In this document: one piece after another, positions 13,101-26,974 of the stretch
How the letters are laid out: each line of letters starts with the position of its first letter
Numbering within the stretch: the first letter of the stretch is position 1
NCBI GenBank assembly: GCA_026023565.1
Contig: JAPETS010000002.1
Coordinates: forward strand, 434,001 to 498,000
Length of the DNA: 64,000 nucleotides
Reading direction: 5' to 3'
Source of the DNA: Cirrosporium novae-zelandiae
Taxonomy: Eukaryota
Made by a program: the position numbers and the translations under genes
Notes under the pieces: model-generated
Seen by the model: only the letters and a program-made list of their open reading frames with translations
Told to the model about the DNA's origin: nothing
Database searches by the model: none

Positions 13101-13871
13101 TCATCTTCTTCTTCTATTAGTCCAAAAACATATCCCAATATATGTACCTAGGTAGTTATTGCATATATAAACGCCAGAGGCTTATTCTATTCGAGTCAAT
13201 CTTGTTACTATTAGAGATGTGCATATGTGCATCTGTTACATCTGTACAACTGTACCGGAGGTCTTCGGTCTTCCAATCTTTCATACAACAGCTGTACAGT
13301 ACATGTAATTAAAAAAAAAAAGGGACGAAAAATGGTTTTTTTTAAAAAATGGCACTCAAAGGTATGGTTTTAAATGTAATTAATTGTAGTTTTTGTAATT
13401 CAAAGCCATGCGAAAAATGCCGACCTTGGCTGATGATAGTTGAAAGCTGAACTTCTTGGGTATTATTGGGTCATACTGTTCCCTCCCATCCTCTCTGCCT
13501 CTGAGAGGAACCAGAAAGCTCACGGCCCTCTCTCCTCCTCGCTCTTCTTCCCCATCTTCCTGAAACTTCAATCCAAGTCACTTTCACTTCTCCTTCGCAA
13601 GTCGCGCAAAACCCCATCATCGCAAACTTAATCGACCTATTTTTTGGTCGTCATCATGTAGAGGTCTGGATACCTCTAAGACGCTGTTTTAATTTACACC
13701 CCCGCCTTTTCTTTTTCTCTTGTCCGTTTCGTTCATGTTCACTGGCCGCTTCTCTCGCTGCAACATCTGCTTACCAAACCCCCAACTAGTAACAGAACAA
13801 TACAATTGGTTCTCTCTCATCTCGACCTTCCTCGATTGATCATTTATTTCGACATTTGTCCAACGTTCAAA

Positions 13872-16270
13872 ATGGTTTCGGACGCTATTTATGACATGTG
13901 CCTACCGGTACTAGAAGACAAGGATGTGGAGGATGAAGACAAAACGGAGAAACTAGAGGAGCTTTTGCGCAAGGAAACCTCTCTCTCAGGTCCGCCTCTT
14001 GAAGATGCTGTCCTCAGCATCCTATGGCGCTTTCGCGATGGTTCTGCGCCTGTGGCCGCTTCTCCATCCATTCGTCCTACAATCATTCGTAGAGCTTCTC
14101 CTGCTCCTTGGCAGATACCCCGCGCCTCGTCTCCTCTTACCTCCCCTCCAATTTCCGGAGTCAGCCTGAACCCCCCGCCAGGTTTTGGTATAGCTCCTTC
14201 TGCATTTACAAGAGCAAGAACAGCCAGTGCATCGCCTTTCTCGTCTCCCCGACCTTCACCGCGACTTGCATTTGCAGCTCCGATCCCCCATAGCCCTAGT
14301 CTAAATGCCTACGAATTCAGCGAACCGAGTCCGGAGCCTGATGAATATGGAGATATTGAAAGTGACACGGTGGATTGGATAGTCAATGACGATACCGCTA
14401 GTAACGTTTCGTCTACTGGCGGTGTTAGTGCAGCATCCTGGATGCAATCACAGCAGTCAGATATGAGCCCATATGATATGCTACGTTCGGTGTTAGGTGA
14501 TGGAAGGACAGATGAAGAAATAGAAAAGGCCCTTGACGAAAATGGTTATGATCTTAGTGCAACTATTAATGCTTTAATGGCAAGCCAATCGAATGATGGA
14601 TCCCAATCCCAAAGTTACAGCGAGGATGGTACAGTATTGGTTGGCAAATCGATGTTCATGGATCAAGCTAGGCCAGCGACTCCCTTAGCCCATGGAAGGA
14701 GTCCCGTTTTGTGCAAATATTGGGTTTCTACAGGACAATGTCTCCGAGCCGACTGCAGGTTTAGCCATGATCTAGGAAATCATATTTGCAAGTACGCATT
14801 CAATGATATTTGCTTTTATTTCAAAGTTTTAGGTTTGATACTGACTTTTTAGATATTGGCTCATTGGCAATTGTCTTGCCGGGGATACTTGTATCTTCTC
14901 CCACGATCCTTCAGCACTTGTCAGCAGTCTAAGCATGAACGACAGTGGTGTTTCCATGAGCGCGACGCCAGCCGAACAGGCACAATCACAGCACAACCTA
15001 CAACTTCAAGACTACGCTTCCTTCCCTGCCCTCCAACCTACTATCTCCAACCAATACAGTAATATCTACCAATCCGGCCTTGGGAGTCGAAGCAGTTCTT
15101 ATGGTAGTTCGGGATTTAGTCCGCTCTCACCAGCATTCCAGGCCCGTAGTCTCAACCGCGCCGCAGGAAATGGTCCACAAACTTCACGTAATCATTCTCG
15201 CCCAAACAGCCGTCATCAATCTCGTCCATCGACTCCCGCTCTCGCCGTTGATGACACGGATGCTTTTCCATCTCTTGGTTCTATTGCCGCTGTCAAGAGC
15301 AAAAAACACCATGGCAAGCGTGGTGGTCATGGCCATAACCACAGCAAAGAAACCATGGTTGCCAAGGAAATTGCTGCAAATACCCTGGCCGACGTTGTCC
15401 GTATGTCTCCGTCCCCTGCGGCGGCAAGTCCACTTCGTAAAACCGTCAAAGGGGGCGGGAAAGGGGTCGCTATGAGTAGAGAGAGTAGTGCTGCTGCCCA
15501 AGCTATACCGCCTCCTCAACATGTTCCATGGCTACAGACCGGAGACCATGCAAATCACCAGTACCTCAAGGCTCGCCAGGAAGCCATTAAGCATGGTAGT
15601 TTGAGAAATAAGTTCTTGCAAAGCGCTGCGCAGGCGTGGAATCGTAACGACGCTCGCGCTGCCAAAGCACTCAGTCTGCGTGGGCAAAGTGAGAATGAAC
15701 TTATGCGGAAAGCACACCGGGAGGCTGCGAGGGTGCTTTACGAGGAACGGAATAAAAATTCTAGCGCCAACGGTGAAATATATGTAGATCTTCATGGTAA
15801 GAAGCTGTTATTTTTTAACCCACTAAACAGAACTAAATGTAAGGAAATGGTGTACTAAATCTTCAATGTGCTATACAGGTCTCCATCCCGATGAAGCAAT
15901 AACTTACCTCGGCTCTACTCTTTCTAACCACCACAAATCGGTCTCCATCTCCCCCCCATCAATGCCATCCATCTTGTATGTCATAACAGGCACAGGCCAT
16001 CATTCTAAAAACGGCAAAGACAAAGTTGGCAAAGCAATCCGCTCCTTCCTTCTCTCCAACTCTTATATCTTCCGTGAGTTTAGCGTCCCTGGCGATCGGG
16101 GGAATGTAGGGGGCATTTTGGGGGTTGATTGCACCAGCGGAAGATTGAGAGCGGGAAAGGATAGGGGAGAGGGTGAGGGTGAAAGGAGGAGTGGAGGAGG
16201 GTTAGAGATGGGCAAGGTGAAAGTTATTAGAAGAGAAGATGTTGATGGTGGTGGGAAAGGAAGTGGATGA
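13872..16270 (+). CDS. CCCH zinc-finger and SMR-domain protein (3 exons)
   Basis: Two CCCH fingers (CKYWVSTGQCLRADCRFSH; CKYWLIGNCLAGDTCIFSH after splicing), DUF1771-like AAQAWNRNDARAAKALS, and SMR motifs VDLHGL and ITGTGHHS. Confidence 0.88.
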
Positions 16271-16789
16271 TGATATAGGGCTAAGAAGGGGCACGCCCAA
16301 TGGGATATTTAGATAGACATCCTTGTGAAATAGCATCTATTCTCCCTGCTGTCAGTCAGAGGGCAACATCAACCGATGATAAATTGAAGAAAGACAACAC
16401 AATCCCCTTATGATTAATTTCATGTGAGATAATATATAGTGCGTGGTATATAAAACATTTGTTGTTTGTAAGACATTGGGTGTAGTGGACTAGGCTGAAA
16501 AAGGAAAGCACTTGACGACATCGCCGTTACCTTTGCACTCAATGCTTGTTCGTTGATTGCGATAATTGCGATGAAGAGGTACAGTACAAGGCATCTAGCT
16601 TCAACCCTAACAACCAACAGACCGCAGCCCTCCGCATGTCATCTCCCCGCTAACTATCACTGTTTTTAATTTAACTCTACCGCCATTGAATTGAATACAT
16701 TCTATCTATTTCCAACCCTTCGTTCGCCTTTCAGCTTACTCTTCTGCCTTTAACGTCGCTGCCTGATTAAACTCGATACCTCTCCGACC

Positions 16790-18320
16790 ATGGATCCAGG
16801 CGACTTCGACAGCGTCTCTGGCTCATGGAGGGATGAGGCAGAAACTGAAATTGCCGGTGGAACACATAATCTCGTATCCGATGAAGATATCACACCTAGA
16901 AGAAGCTTGAGTGGCAAGCGAAGGCTGGATCCGCCCCCTCTACAAGCGGGGTCTACTGCTGACGCCGTTGATCTTGCTGGAATTGGGGATGGAAGATTGG
17001 ACTGTACTGTTGATACACCACTGAAAGAAAATGACGGAACCAAAGATGCTTATATTTCCTATCTTGTCACGACGCATGTAGGGCTGCCCTCTTTGTTCCC
17101 TGAAGTCTCATCTCTTCTATGCTTCCTGGTGGCTGATATCTGTGGTATAGACCGACTTCAAGACCTTCCAGAAACCAGATTTCGCTGTCCGTCGCCGATA
17201 CACAGACTTTTATTTTCTGTTCAGGACGCTTTCACGCGAATACCCTGCCTGCGCGGTACCCCCTCTTCCGGATAAGCACAAGATGGAATATGTCCGAGGG
17301 GATCGATTTGGATCCGATTTCACTACCCGTCGTGCAAACTCGCTTCATCGCTTCCTTCGGCGGTTAACTCTTCATCCTGTTCTCCGTCGAGCGACTCTTC
17401 TAGCTATATTTCTTGAAAGTCCTGATTGGAATGCCCACATGAAATCCCGGCCTAACAGAGGTTCTTCGGTGTCTGAGCAAAGCAACAGTGTATTTGACAA
17501 CTTTGCAGATACATTTGTCAACGCTTTCTCAAAGGTCCACAAACCCGACAAGCGATTCATAGAAGTGAATGAGAAAGCCGATAAACTTAACGAGGACCTG
17601 GGCCACATCGAGAAGATGATAGCGCGCGTTGCACGACGTCAAGCCGATTTAGAAACAGACTACAACGACCTAGCCATCCAGTTCCAGAGACTTGTACCTC
17701 TTGAACCTGGTGTGGAGCGTCCACTTAACGTTTTCGCGGCCTGTGTTACAGACACTGCCAAAGATCTCAAAGTCCTCAAAGATCATATTGACCAAAATTA
17801 TCTTGGTTCCCTCCGTGATATGGAAGCCTACATTGTCTCTCTCCGCGGCCTTTTGAAGACTCGCGAGCAAAAGCAGCTCGATTTTGAGGGTCTATCGGAT
17901 TATCTAGCCCGTGCTTCCACCGATCGCGACAACCTTGCTTCCTCCACTTCGTCTTACTCCTCCTCCATCCTCTCCCAAGGGCCCACCTCATTCCTTCGCT
18001 CCAAACTTGAAGATGTTCGAGGCGTTGACCATGAAGCAGCTCGACGGGAACGTGTCCGTAAACTCGAGCTTCGCATTGAAGATCTCGTACGCGAGGTTGA
18101 AGACGCAAGAAAAACGAGCGAAATGTTTGATGAACAAGTTGTAAGAGAAGTAACCGATTTTGAGCGGATTAAGAAGATTGAGTTCAAGGAGCAGCTAGGG
18201 ATGTTGGCAGACCGACAGACAGAGTTTTTTGCAGCTGTGGTGGAAGTTTGGGAAGGTTTCTTGACGGAGATGGGAGAGGAAGTGGAGGGGAAAGGGAAGG
18301 ATAATGACAAGGGGAGATGA
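16790..18320 (+). CDS. SNX4: Sorting nexin 4 / Atg24 (PX-BAR), one intron ~17078-17150
   Basis: PX motifs KDAYISYLVTT, VRRRYTDF, PPLPDK, DRFGSDFTTRRA; BAR region AFSKVHKPD...KQLDFE. Confidence 0.92.
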
Positions 18321-18957
18321 CGAATAGGGAAAAAAAAGTCGAGGACAGCCAGCACTCTGGAAGACTTTTTATCCCGTATCTTTTACATCTATATGCTTTA
18401 TGGCCATTTTGGGAAGGGGCAGGATCTTGAAGGGATTAAAGGAAAGGGGGTGTTTCAATATTCATCATGAGGGTGGTTTGGTTGGTTGGTTGGTTGGTTG
18501 GTAGGAAAGATGAGACTATTATCTATTATGCATGTCCCTGTAGGGTGGATGTGGGTTTAAAAAAATCACATCACTACTACTACAACTACCTACACAGAAC
18601 AGACATTTTGTGGCTTGGAGTTTTATTATTATTATTAAATGGAATGAATCGATCAAATGGGGGTTAGGAAAGTAGAAGAGCTTATATTTTAATTTTATAT
18701 CACCCTCTTTTTTTTCTCCAAAAAAACTTGATGAAATGTTTTATTTTTTGTAGATTTTTATTTTGTTTATATACAAAAAGCCTCGTAAAAGACGACGACG
18801 ACTACTGCTACAAAAACTACTATAAAAACTATGTAATACCCTCCCCCCCCCCAGGAATTTTTTAATGCAGTATAAGACAGACATACTTGGGGCCTCAATA
18901 AGGAAAATTTTGCCAATCCAACAACAACTTGAACTTCCTTCAAGAGCGATGAGGAGC

Positions 18958-21900
18958 CTACGCAACATCCACAAACGCCCTCTTCTTACTCCCACCAGTT
19001 CCATTCGCATCCGCTGCCGCATCTTCCTCCACCTCCCCATCCACAAAACTCTTCCCCTTAATCTCTCCCACCCTCCGTCCAATAACCCTAACCGCCGCCA
19101 AATTAAACCCAACCTGATCCCTTCCCCTTCCCAAAACCCTCTTCAAGCGTTCCCTCAATCCCTCCAACATGCCCCTCAACTCCCCACTACTCGCTACAAT
19201 CTGCTTCTGATGCGTCTTCAGCATAAAAAACAGGATGCGGCATGTGAGCGGGATGTTTCGTTCCTGATTAATGAAGAGGCTCAGGAAGGTGAAGAGTGGA
19301 GGGAGTTTGGAGAAGGGGAGGATGAGTAAGGCGTCTTGTAAGGCAGCGGGGGGGATTTTTTGGAGGATTTTTTGGAGGTAGGATTCGCAGGTTATGTTTC
19401 CCAGGGCGAGAAAGATGGGGTTGCGTTGGGGGGGGGCGAGGGTGGGGTTTTGGAGGTGCAGGGTTTGCCAGGTTTGGGTTAGGTGAAGGTCGGAGAGGCA
19501 GAGGTCGAGGGCTTCGGAGATGCGTTCGCCGGCTATGAGAGTTGTGGTTGTTTGTTTTGAGGCGGGAACGGCTTCGGCGGGGGTCGTGTTGGGGTCGTTG
19601 TTGCTGTTGTTGGGGTCATCGGCTTCGAGGGAGGCGGTAAGGGTGGATTCATAGAGTTGTTCTAGCTCGCGCTCACGTTCTTCTTCTAGGAAGACTTGCT
19701 CGTCGGTTTGGATCCAGGCGCGGATGCTCTTGTCGTGGCTGGCCGAGACGAGGAAGTCGCCTGTGCGACTGACAGCTAGCGCCCAGATCTCCCCGTGGTG
19801 GCCGCTGAGCTTCTGGATCTGCTCGAATTTATCTGCATCCCAGTATTTAATTGTCATGTCTTTGGACGCGCTGAAGAAGTGGTGGCCGTTTCCGTCTTGG
19901 TTGTGCGGAACGAATGCTACTTGCATGATACTGTCTGTGTGGGCGAAGAAGGCTTTGTGGCAGTCGCCAAAGTCGAGGCCCCATAGTCGGACGTTTTTGT
20001 CCGCTGAGCATGTCACGATTAGTTTGCTGTCGTAGGAGATGGACATGTCGAGGACGGGGAGGCGGTGGCCGTAGAGGTTGAGAAAGAGTTTTAGGCTGTC
20101 GGTGAAGAAGACTTTGACTGTGTTGTCGAGGAGTGCGACGGCGAGGAGGCGGGAGTCCGGGGAGAAGCGGAGGGACAGGATATCATCTGAGACTTTGAGG
20201 GTGCGAGTGTGTGTGAGTTTGAAGTGGGGGGTGGTGCGTTTGGTGCCGGGAATGGATTCTTGGATAATGGTGAAGGTCCAGAATTTGGCGGTTTTGTCAG
20301 CGGAGCCACTGACGACGGATTTTCCATCTGGATGGACTTGGAGGGTCCAGATGGGCCCGTCGTGCGCTTGCACCGTGTCTATGAGGGTGGAGGAGGCGAT
20401 GTCAAAGAGTTCCAGTTCACCGTTTTTGTTCCCAACGATGACGATTTTGTCGCCGGGCAGAAACGAGGAGCAGAGGGCGTAGCCGCAGTCCAGAGTCCTG
20501 ATGCAGCTTTCGGTTCTAACATTCCATATCTTGAGGCTCCCGTTTGCGGCTGAAGCTAACATTCTATCGTCGGAACTTAAAGCCAGCGATCTGATATCGG
20601 TTCGATGGCCTGGCATTTCGACAGCGGATGTTCGGTTGTACTCTGGAGGCTCGTCACTTTTCGATTTCTTCCCTACGACCTTGGCGTCTATGTCATAGAC
20701 TTCCAGCTGGTTATTCGTAGTAGATGCCACCAGTCGTCTAGTCTTGCTAGATTTTCCACCAGCCCAGTCCATAGACCTGACCTTACCACCAGTTCGAACG
20801 ACGAGGTGCTGTACAAAGACATCAGACACTTCTGGAGGCCCTAAATCATTTATATCCTCCGTGATTACTTTCCCGTCTTTTCCCTCAGCCTCGGCAGCTT
20901 TCTCCCGTCTCCTTTTCCTTTTCCTAGCAAGCACCTTCTGAATTTCAACCTCTGATCTCACTCGCCATATCTCAACTGCCTTTTCTGAACCATGTACAGC
21001 AAAATAGTCCATTCTCGGATGGAAACGAACTCCAAGTGGTCGATCTCGGCCTTGTCTATTGATAATTCCATGTTCTTTCAATACCTTCGTCTCGCCACTT
21101 TCCGTAATATCCTTTGCAGCAGCTAGAAGATTCATATGACTAATCGACCACATCTTTAATTCACCGTCATTGCCAGCCGTGATACATCCTGCGTCGTCTG
21201 GATATACCCCCATTGCCCAACACTCGCCATTAGTTTGCGCAACATGGGTCTCGATGCAGTGTTGTGAAGATAGGTCCCACAGTTTTATAAACGAGTCTTT
21301 TCCGGTCGTTAAAAGAAACCCTGGGTGATCCTCATTAACATGTCCATTGGTTGTTAGTGCTTTCTCTTCGATTTCGCCATCTGCCTCAGTCGGTGGAGCA
21401 GCTGGCAATGGAATGAAATGTAGCGCTGTGATCTGATCCTTATGTCCACGAAGCTTAAATAATCCAACTTCGGCCACTAAATCCCATATGATGATATCCG
21501 TATCTCTTGATCCACTCGCAAGTATCACACCAACTTCATCGAAGCTCAGCGTAGTAATCCCAGATCGATGGCCATTGAAGCTTATAATAACCTCAGCGAT
21601 CCTCATATCCCATATTCTAATACTGCCATCATCGTAGCCCGCGGCAAACAAATCTTTGTCGGCTTTGCTTTGCGCAATCGCTGTGACCCTGGAATTGCAA
21701 TCCGGATCACGACATCGCACCAATAGCTCTCCTTTCTTCAAATCCCAGCAGAATAGCTCTTCATTGGCGCCCACGACAGCTTTTCCAGCTCCCGTTTTAC
21801 GCGAAATTGCATTGTGCGATTCATCGTCGGCGGTCCATACGATATTAGCAGAAGGAGAGGTGATCACACCGAAGGTCTTTGAGCGTTCATACTTCCTGTA

Positions 21901-21966
21901 GAAAGTAAGAAATTGATATTCCGTACAAAATTCAAAAAAGCAGACTTACAGATATGATTTCACCAT
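18958..21966 (-). CDS. DIP2: U3 snoRNP WD40 protein Dip2/Utp12 (short first exon, intron ~21897-21949)
   Basis: Spliced start MVKSYLKYERSKTFGV; many WD40 repeats; C-terminal Utp12 domain (ALLILPF, GFNLAA). Confidence 0.93.
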
Positions 21967-22196
21967 CTTGTCGCATTGGCAGTTGTAGGAGATCTTCAGC
22001 GAAATTATTTTTGAGCTTTGGTTAGCCGCGGCTTATCGATAGCGGCTAGCGGCTAAGCTTCAGTCCCACACGACAGGCCAACTTGGTACTCGAATGAACA
22101 TCATTCCAGCTGCCTTGTCATAATCTCCTCGTTCTTTAGACCACCCCGATTTACTAAAGCTCAATTCCCCATTGTCATGATCACACTTGAGCCGAA

Positions 22197-23400
22197 ATGC
22201 TTCTTCTAGACTACCAGAACGTACTCATCGAGGCCCTCCTCACGGAACGTCTCTCCGGGTTCGTACCTCCCCACTCCAAACGCTCAGTCCCAATCTCATA
22301 TGCAAACCCCACAGTCTCCCTCCCGCCTCCATTGATCAAGTCATTTCTGACTTCGACGGCGTCCAATACCATTTGTCAACACCTGAATCCAAAACCAAAA
22401 TCCTTGTCTCCATCTCGGTGAAATGCTTCCAAGAGCTCATTCAATACGGAGCCCAAGATGTTCTGGAGCGTGAATATGGACCCTTTATCGTAGCTCCTGA
22501 GACTGGATATGACTTCTCCATCCAAATCGACCTTGAGAGTCTGCCTGAGGATGCAGAGGCCAGGGCGGACCTGGTGAAGAGAGTTTCCCTCTTACGGCGT
22601 AACGCTATGGCTGCACCATTTGAAAAGGCATTCGATGATTTTGCTAGACTACAAGAGGAGGCTTCGAAGTTTACTACCGAGTCGGCACCAGAGGGCGTGA
22701 GAGAAGGTGGGGAGGTCATGGCCATACATTACCGAGACGAAGAAGCCATATATATCAAGGCCAGCCACGACAGGGTTACAGTAATTTTTAGCACCATTTT
22801 CAGAGAGGAAACGGACAGGATATTCGGAAAAGTATTCTTGCAAGTAAGGATTCAGAAAACCTTGACTTTGATGAGTTTCCGTAGTCTAACATTATTGGTC
22901 CTTTAGGAATTTGTCGACGCCCGTCGTCGAGCGATTCAAAATGCCCCTCAAGTCCTATTCCGTAGCGATCCTCCTCTAGAAATTCAGAATGTCCCGGGCC
23001 TCCCAAATGGCGAGACAGGAGAAATCGGATATGTTACTTTCGGTAGACTCCCTTCTCCCCACCCTCTAATCTACCTACTAACCATCTGACCCAATGTCAA
23101 GTCCTCTTCCCTCGACATCTGACCCCCCAGCGCCGCGAAGCCAACATTTCGCACATCCAGACCTTTCGCGACTACTTCCACTACCATATCAAAGCCTCAA
23201 AGGCATATATACACTCACGCATGCGAAGACGTACCGCAGACTTCCTTCAAGGTATATATTCTCCCTCTTCACATCATATTCTATGTGTATACGTATATAT
23301 ATATTTACACAATACACCAGTCCTCAACCGTGCCCGCCCCGAAAACGAAGAACGTGAACGCAAGACCGCCAGTGGGCGTACATTCAGAGTGCAAGGATAA
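22197..23400 (+). CDS. ARC35: Arp2/3 complex 34 kDa subunit (ARPC2), multi-exon
   Basis: [11 protein letters not shown]..., [60 protein letters not shown]. Confidence 0.95.
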
Positions 23401-24056
23401 ACAGTTCACCGTAACAAACCATTCCTCATCCTTAAGAGGATTTAGAAACCCATTGTCAAAACACTTTACATGTTATTTCCTAACCCCGTATCATTTCTTC
23501 CCCTCCCACCCCCACTTAAACTTCTACTGCAATAATGTATGGTAATATTTCCGATTTTGGAGAATCCAAAAAGGGAAGAGAAGAACCTGCTACCAAAAAA
23601 AAAAAACATCCTATGTACTAAGTGGTTTGCCGAGGGGTTGGTTTTTTTTTCAAAAAAAAATCAAAAAATCTGCAGTAGAATCAATGTTCATAGAATTGAT
23701 AGCCTCTCTTACTCTCGGGCATTGCGATAAGCTTGGAATGTGGAAATGAGAAGTGGGGGGAAAGTTATGACCCCGTTGCATGAACGAAGGATGATGGTTT
23801 TTTTTTATTTAGAGAATATTATATCAAAAGTCATGAGTAATTCGTGGGAACAGTAATTCTTGAACCCTTAGATGTCGTTTTTTATTTTCATGTGGAATGT
23901 TTTCCGTCAAGGGCATCCACCAAACGTATATGAAATATACCCACCCACCCATCCATTCATCTATCCGTCCATCTACCCCCGCATCTTCAACCCTTTATTT
24001 ATAACCCACCCCAATCCCATCCCCCATCCCAAAACCAACCAACACACTCTCCTCCC

Positions 24057-24471
24057 TTACCCCGCTCTAACCCCACCATACCCCCCCGCCCACGCCAACC
24101 CAAACCCCCAAAGCCCCCCCACCATCTCCTTCAAATAAACATGTCTCCTCCCCCCCTTACCACCCTCAATTCCAAAATACCGACCGGGTCGCCCGCCACA
24201 AACCACAATATCAATCAGGAAAGAAACGAAAAGCGAGCCGAGGATGTAGAAGGCGAATCCGAAGAGGGATTCTAGACCTAGGATCCCGGCGCAGAGGCCT
24301 AGGAGGGAGGAGGTTAGGGAGTGAATTTGGGTTAGGACCTGGGAAGGGGTTTAGGGTTAGTGAGGGTGGGGAGAGGGTGGGGGCTGGGGGACGTACGTGT
24401 GCATTGTGGGCGAGGGATTCGGGGACTATGGGGCTGATGTAGAGATCGCGATCGCGGTCTGAGGGGGGCAT
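24057..24471 (-). CDS. EMC6: ER membrane protein complex subunit 6 (2 exons)
   Basis: ISPIVPESLAHN / LTSSLLGLCAGILGLES..GFAFY...GLWGFGLAWAGGYG matches the EMC6/Rab5ip pattern; intron GTACGT...CTAAC...CAG. Confidence 0.82.
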
Positions 24472-25999
24472 TTTTGTGGAGGGTGTAGTTGTAGTTGTGA
24501 GGAGGGTTGATGATGTGGGAGATCCGGGATTGTGATGTCAAGTGTAGTGTAGTATAGCTTCGTCGAGTCGAGGTATGCTATAATTCCGTACTCCACCCTT
24601 GCTCTTCTGCTTTCTCTCTTTCTCTTTCTTTATTTGTTTTCCCTTGCCTTCCGGGCTCTCTTAATCAATTGATGACACAGAAGCCCAGCGCTTGTTGCTA
24701 GAGCTCAAGTAAATAGCAGAGTATGAAAGTTTTGGGATATTTGAAACGGCGATTGAATAGCCCTCTCTCTCGAACCTGGGGGTGAGATACTCGTAAGATA
24801 TCGATATCTTGAAATCGTAGGTTGGCAGGTCCAAATCAAGAGTACAGTAGCTGTGCAAAAAAATAAAAGATAAGCTTGTTGTTGATCGGCAGGTAGATAG
24901 ATCGAATTGGTGTGTCCAATCTCGGGACCATGTATATGTATGTATGTACCTCAGTACCCTATAGAAGAGCCGATGTCACTTTTCCTTTTTCCGCTCCAGA
25001 AAGAGTTCTCGGGAAGAACGGGATTTGCGGAATTGTTCGTGGGAACAGAGAGGGGAGGTGGGGGAGAAGCGTGGGGTTTGAAAGGATCTTAAGATTTCGT
25101 AATAATTGGTAAACGTTGAGGGTTTCGATATTTTGGAAAGTTCGCCGGTAGATAGAGTAAGCTATCGTTTCACTACCATGATTTCCCGTGGTATGTAGTG
25201 GACTTTTGGTAGTAAAGTACCACGATCTACATCTTGCAACTCAAAAGATTCCTGGGATCCCGAAGAATTATCATCTAAGGTACCATTATGCAGGACGGCT
25301 TCACTAGTAAGCATCTAAACCTAAATAATATAATTAAACTTGTTTACATAGTAATCATAATTGCTTTATACCGAGGTGGTCAAAGTTGAGCCTTCATATG
25401 ATGATTGTAGATAACATAAATCCATTGTACAAGTTGCACAAGTCCCCAACTCTTTTATAACCAGGGATGAATAAGACCAGACAGTTACCCGAATATGTTT
25501 TATTAAATCTCTATTTATAAGATTATTTATACAAATAGAAGATCATTACACTAGGCTATTGTCAAAGCCTAAAGCTGGCTTATGACCGCTAATATAAGAC
25601 CAGCTACCAATAGCGACATGTAAGATTGAGTTGAAATCGAATGGAAATAAAGAGGTGTTTCCTGTTCCATATCCCCCTTGCGTTTACCAAATGAGGAAAT
25701 CCCCGTCGTCATGTAGAAAGGAAGGAGAAGCACACAGTTCCTAATCTTACAGCTTTCTTTATATCCTCCAATCTCCCTTTGTTGCTTTGCGATACGCCCG
25801 CTAGAGCCCCAAATCCCGCCAACGTTGGATGGAATACTCATCTTAGGAACTCTAGAACGGGCGATAGGAATATTAATCGGCTCCCGTCAAGATTGCTCGT
25901 GACGTTTGTACTTTGTTGGTTATTCGTGCCGAAGCTGCAGCAAATAACTTAGTTTTCTTTAAAATATATGACCACTAACCCAGAGGTAGGGCATAACCA

Positions 26000-26974
26000 C
26001 TAATTTAGAAGTCGCCCGTACTCGTGTAGGTAGCTATTGGGCGTATTATGTTAGTGATGAGGAGTTTCCTCAAGAATGGGAAAGAACTGACTGTTGAAGA
26101 TAAGATGGAAGTTGATAGCTGGGCACTCGTGTTGCTCTACCAAGATAATCTAGAGCTTGTCGAAAATGGTGCTCGTTGACACTGGAGTAAGACACATTAC
26201 CCAAACTCATAAAAGCCTCTGCTGCCTATAGATTGTAAGCACTACTAGCAATTCGGAGAATAAATACGCTTACAAGAGCCAACAGCTCTCCAGTAACTAA
26301 CCCCCGAGCTTCTGCAATATCTACAGCTCTTCGGAAGAAATCTGTAGCAGGAAGAAGCATACCACGCGCCTCTACATAATCCGCGTTGTGAAGTCGGGAA
26401 TCAGCGTCGACCGTTGCTTGCACATTGTCACGTTCGTCGTCACTTGCAGTGTAAATGATGCTGCTTGTGCTCGTGTTAACTCTATGGTTCAGGAGGCTTC
26501 CGCTACTAGAGGAGCTTCCATCTTCACGGTGAATGTTTGCGATCAATCTTTGGGCTAAAGAAAGCCATGACTGTCCGAGACCTGTTGAGAAGTTAGCAAG
26601 TACCATGGGTTTATAACCATGGAATAGAAAAAGCAAGAGCAGCAACGGCAGGAAAGACCTTGAAGTGTTTCGACGTCTTCTGGGTTATTCTGCAGAACTT
26701 GCAACCATTGAGCCACGCACCATTCCGCGATATCTCGTACCCCTCCCTCATCTGGCTCTTGGTAGGCTAGATGTTGAAGTGTTGAGATGATCCAGGTCTG
26801 CTCTCGGACCCGGTTTGGTGTGGTCATAAAGTCAGTCCTGTCAATGCTAGAAGTTAGAGACCTTGCAAGATTGATATAACCCCGCCAATCTTGCGGGTTT
26901 CTCTGGAGCATGTCATGGATCCGTTGTATTGACTGATTGCATTCAGCTATTACAGCATCTGAATCACTCTCCAT
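26000..26974 (-). CDS. Fungal hypothetical helical (TPR-like) protein, 4 exons
   Basis: Spliced ORF MESDSDAVIAE...IAEWCVAQWL...LGQSWL...DYVEARGMLLPATDFFRRAV...AAEAFMSLGN...YLHEYGRLLN* with consistent intron phases. Confidence 0.7.
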
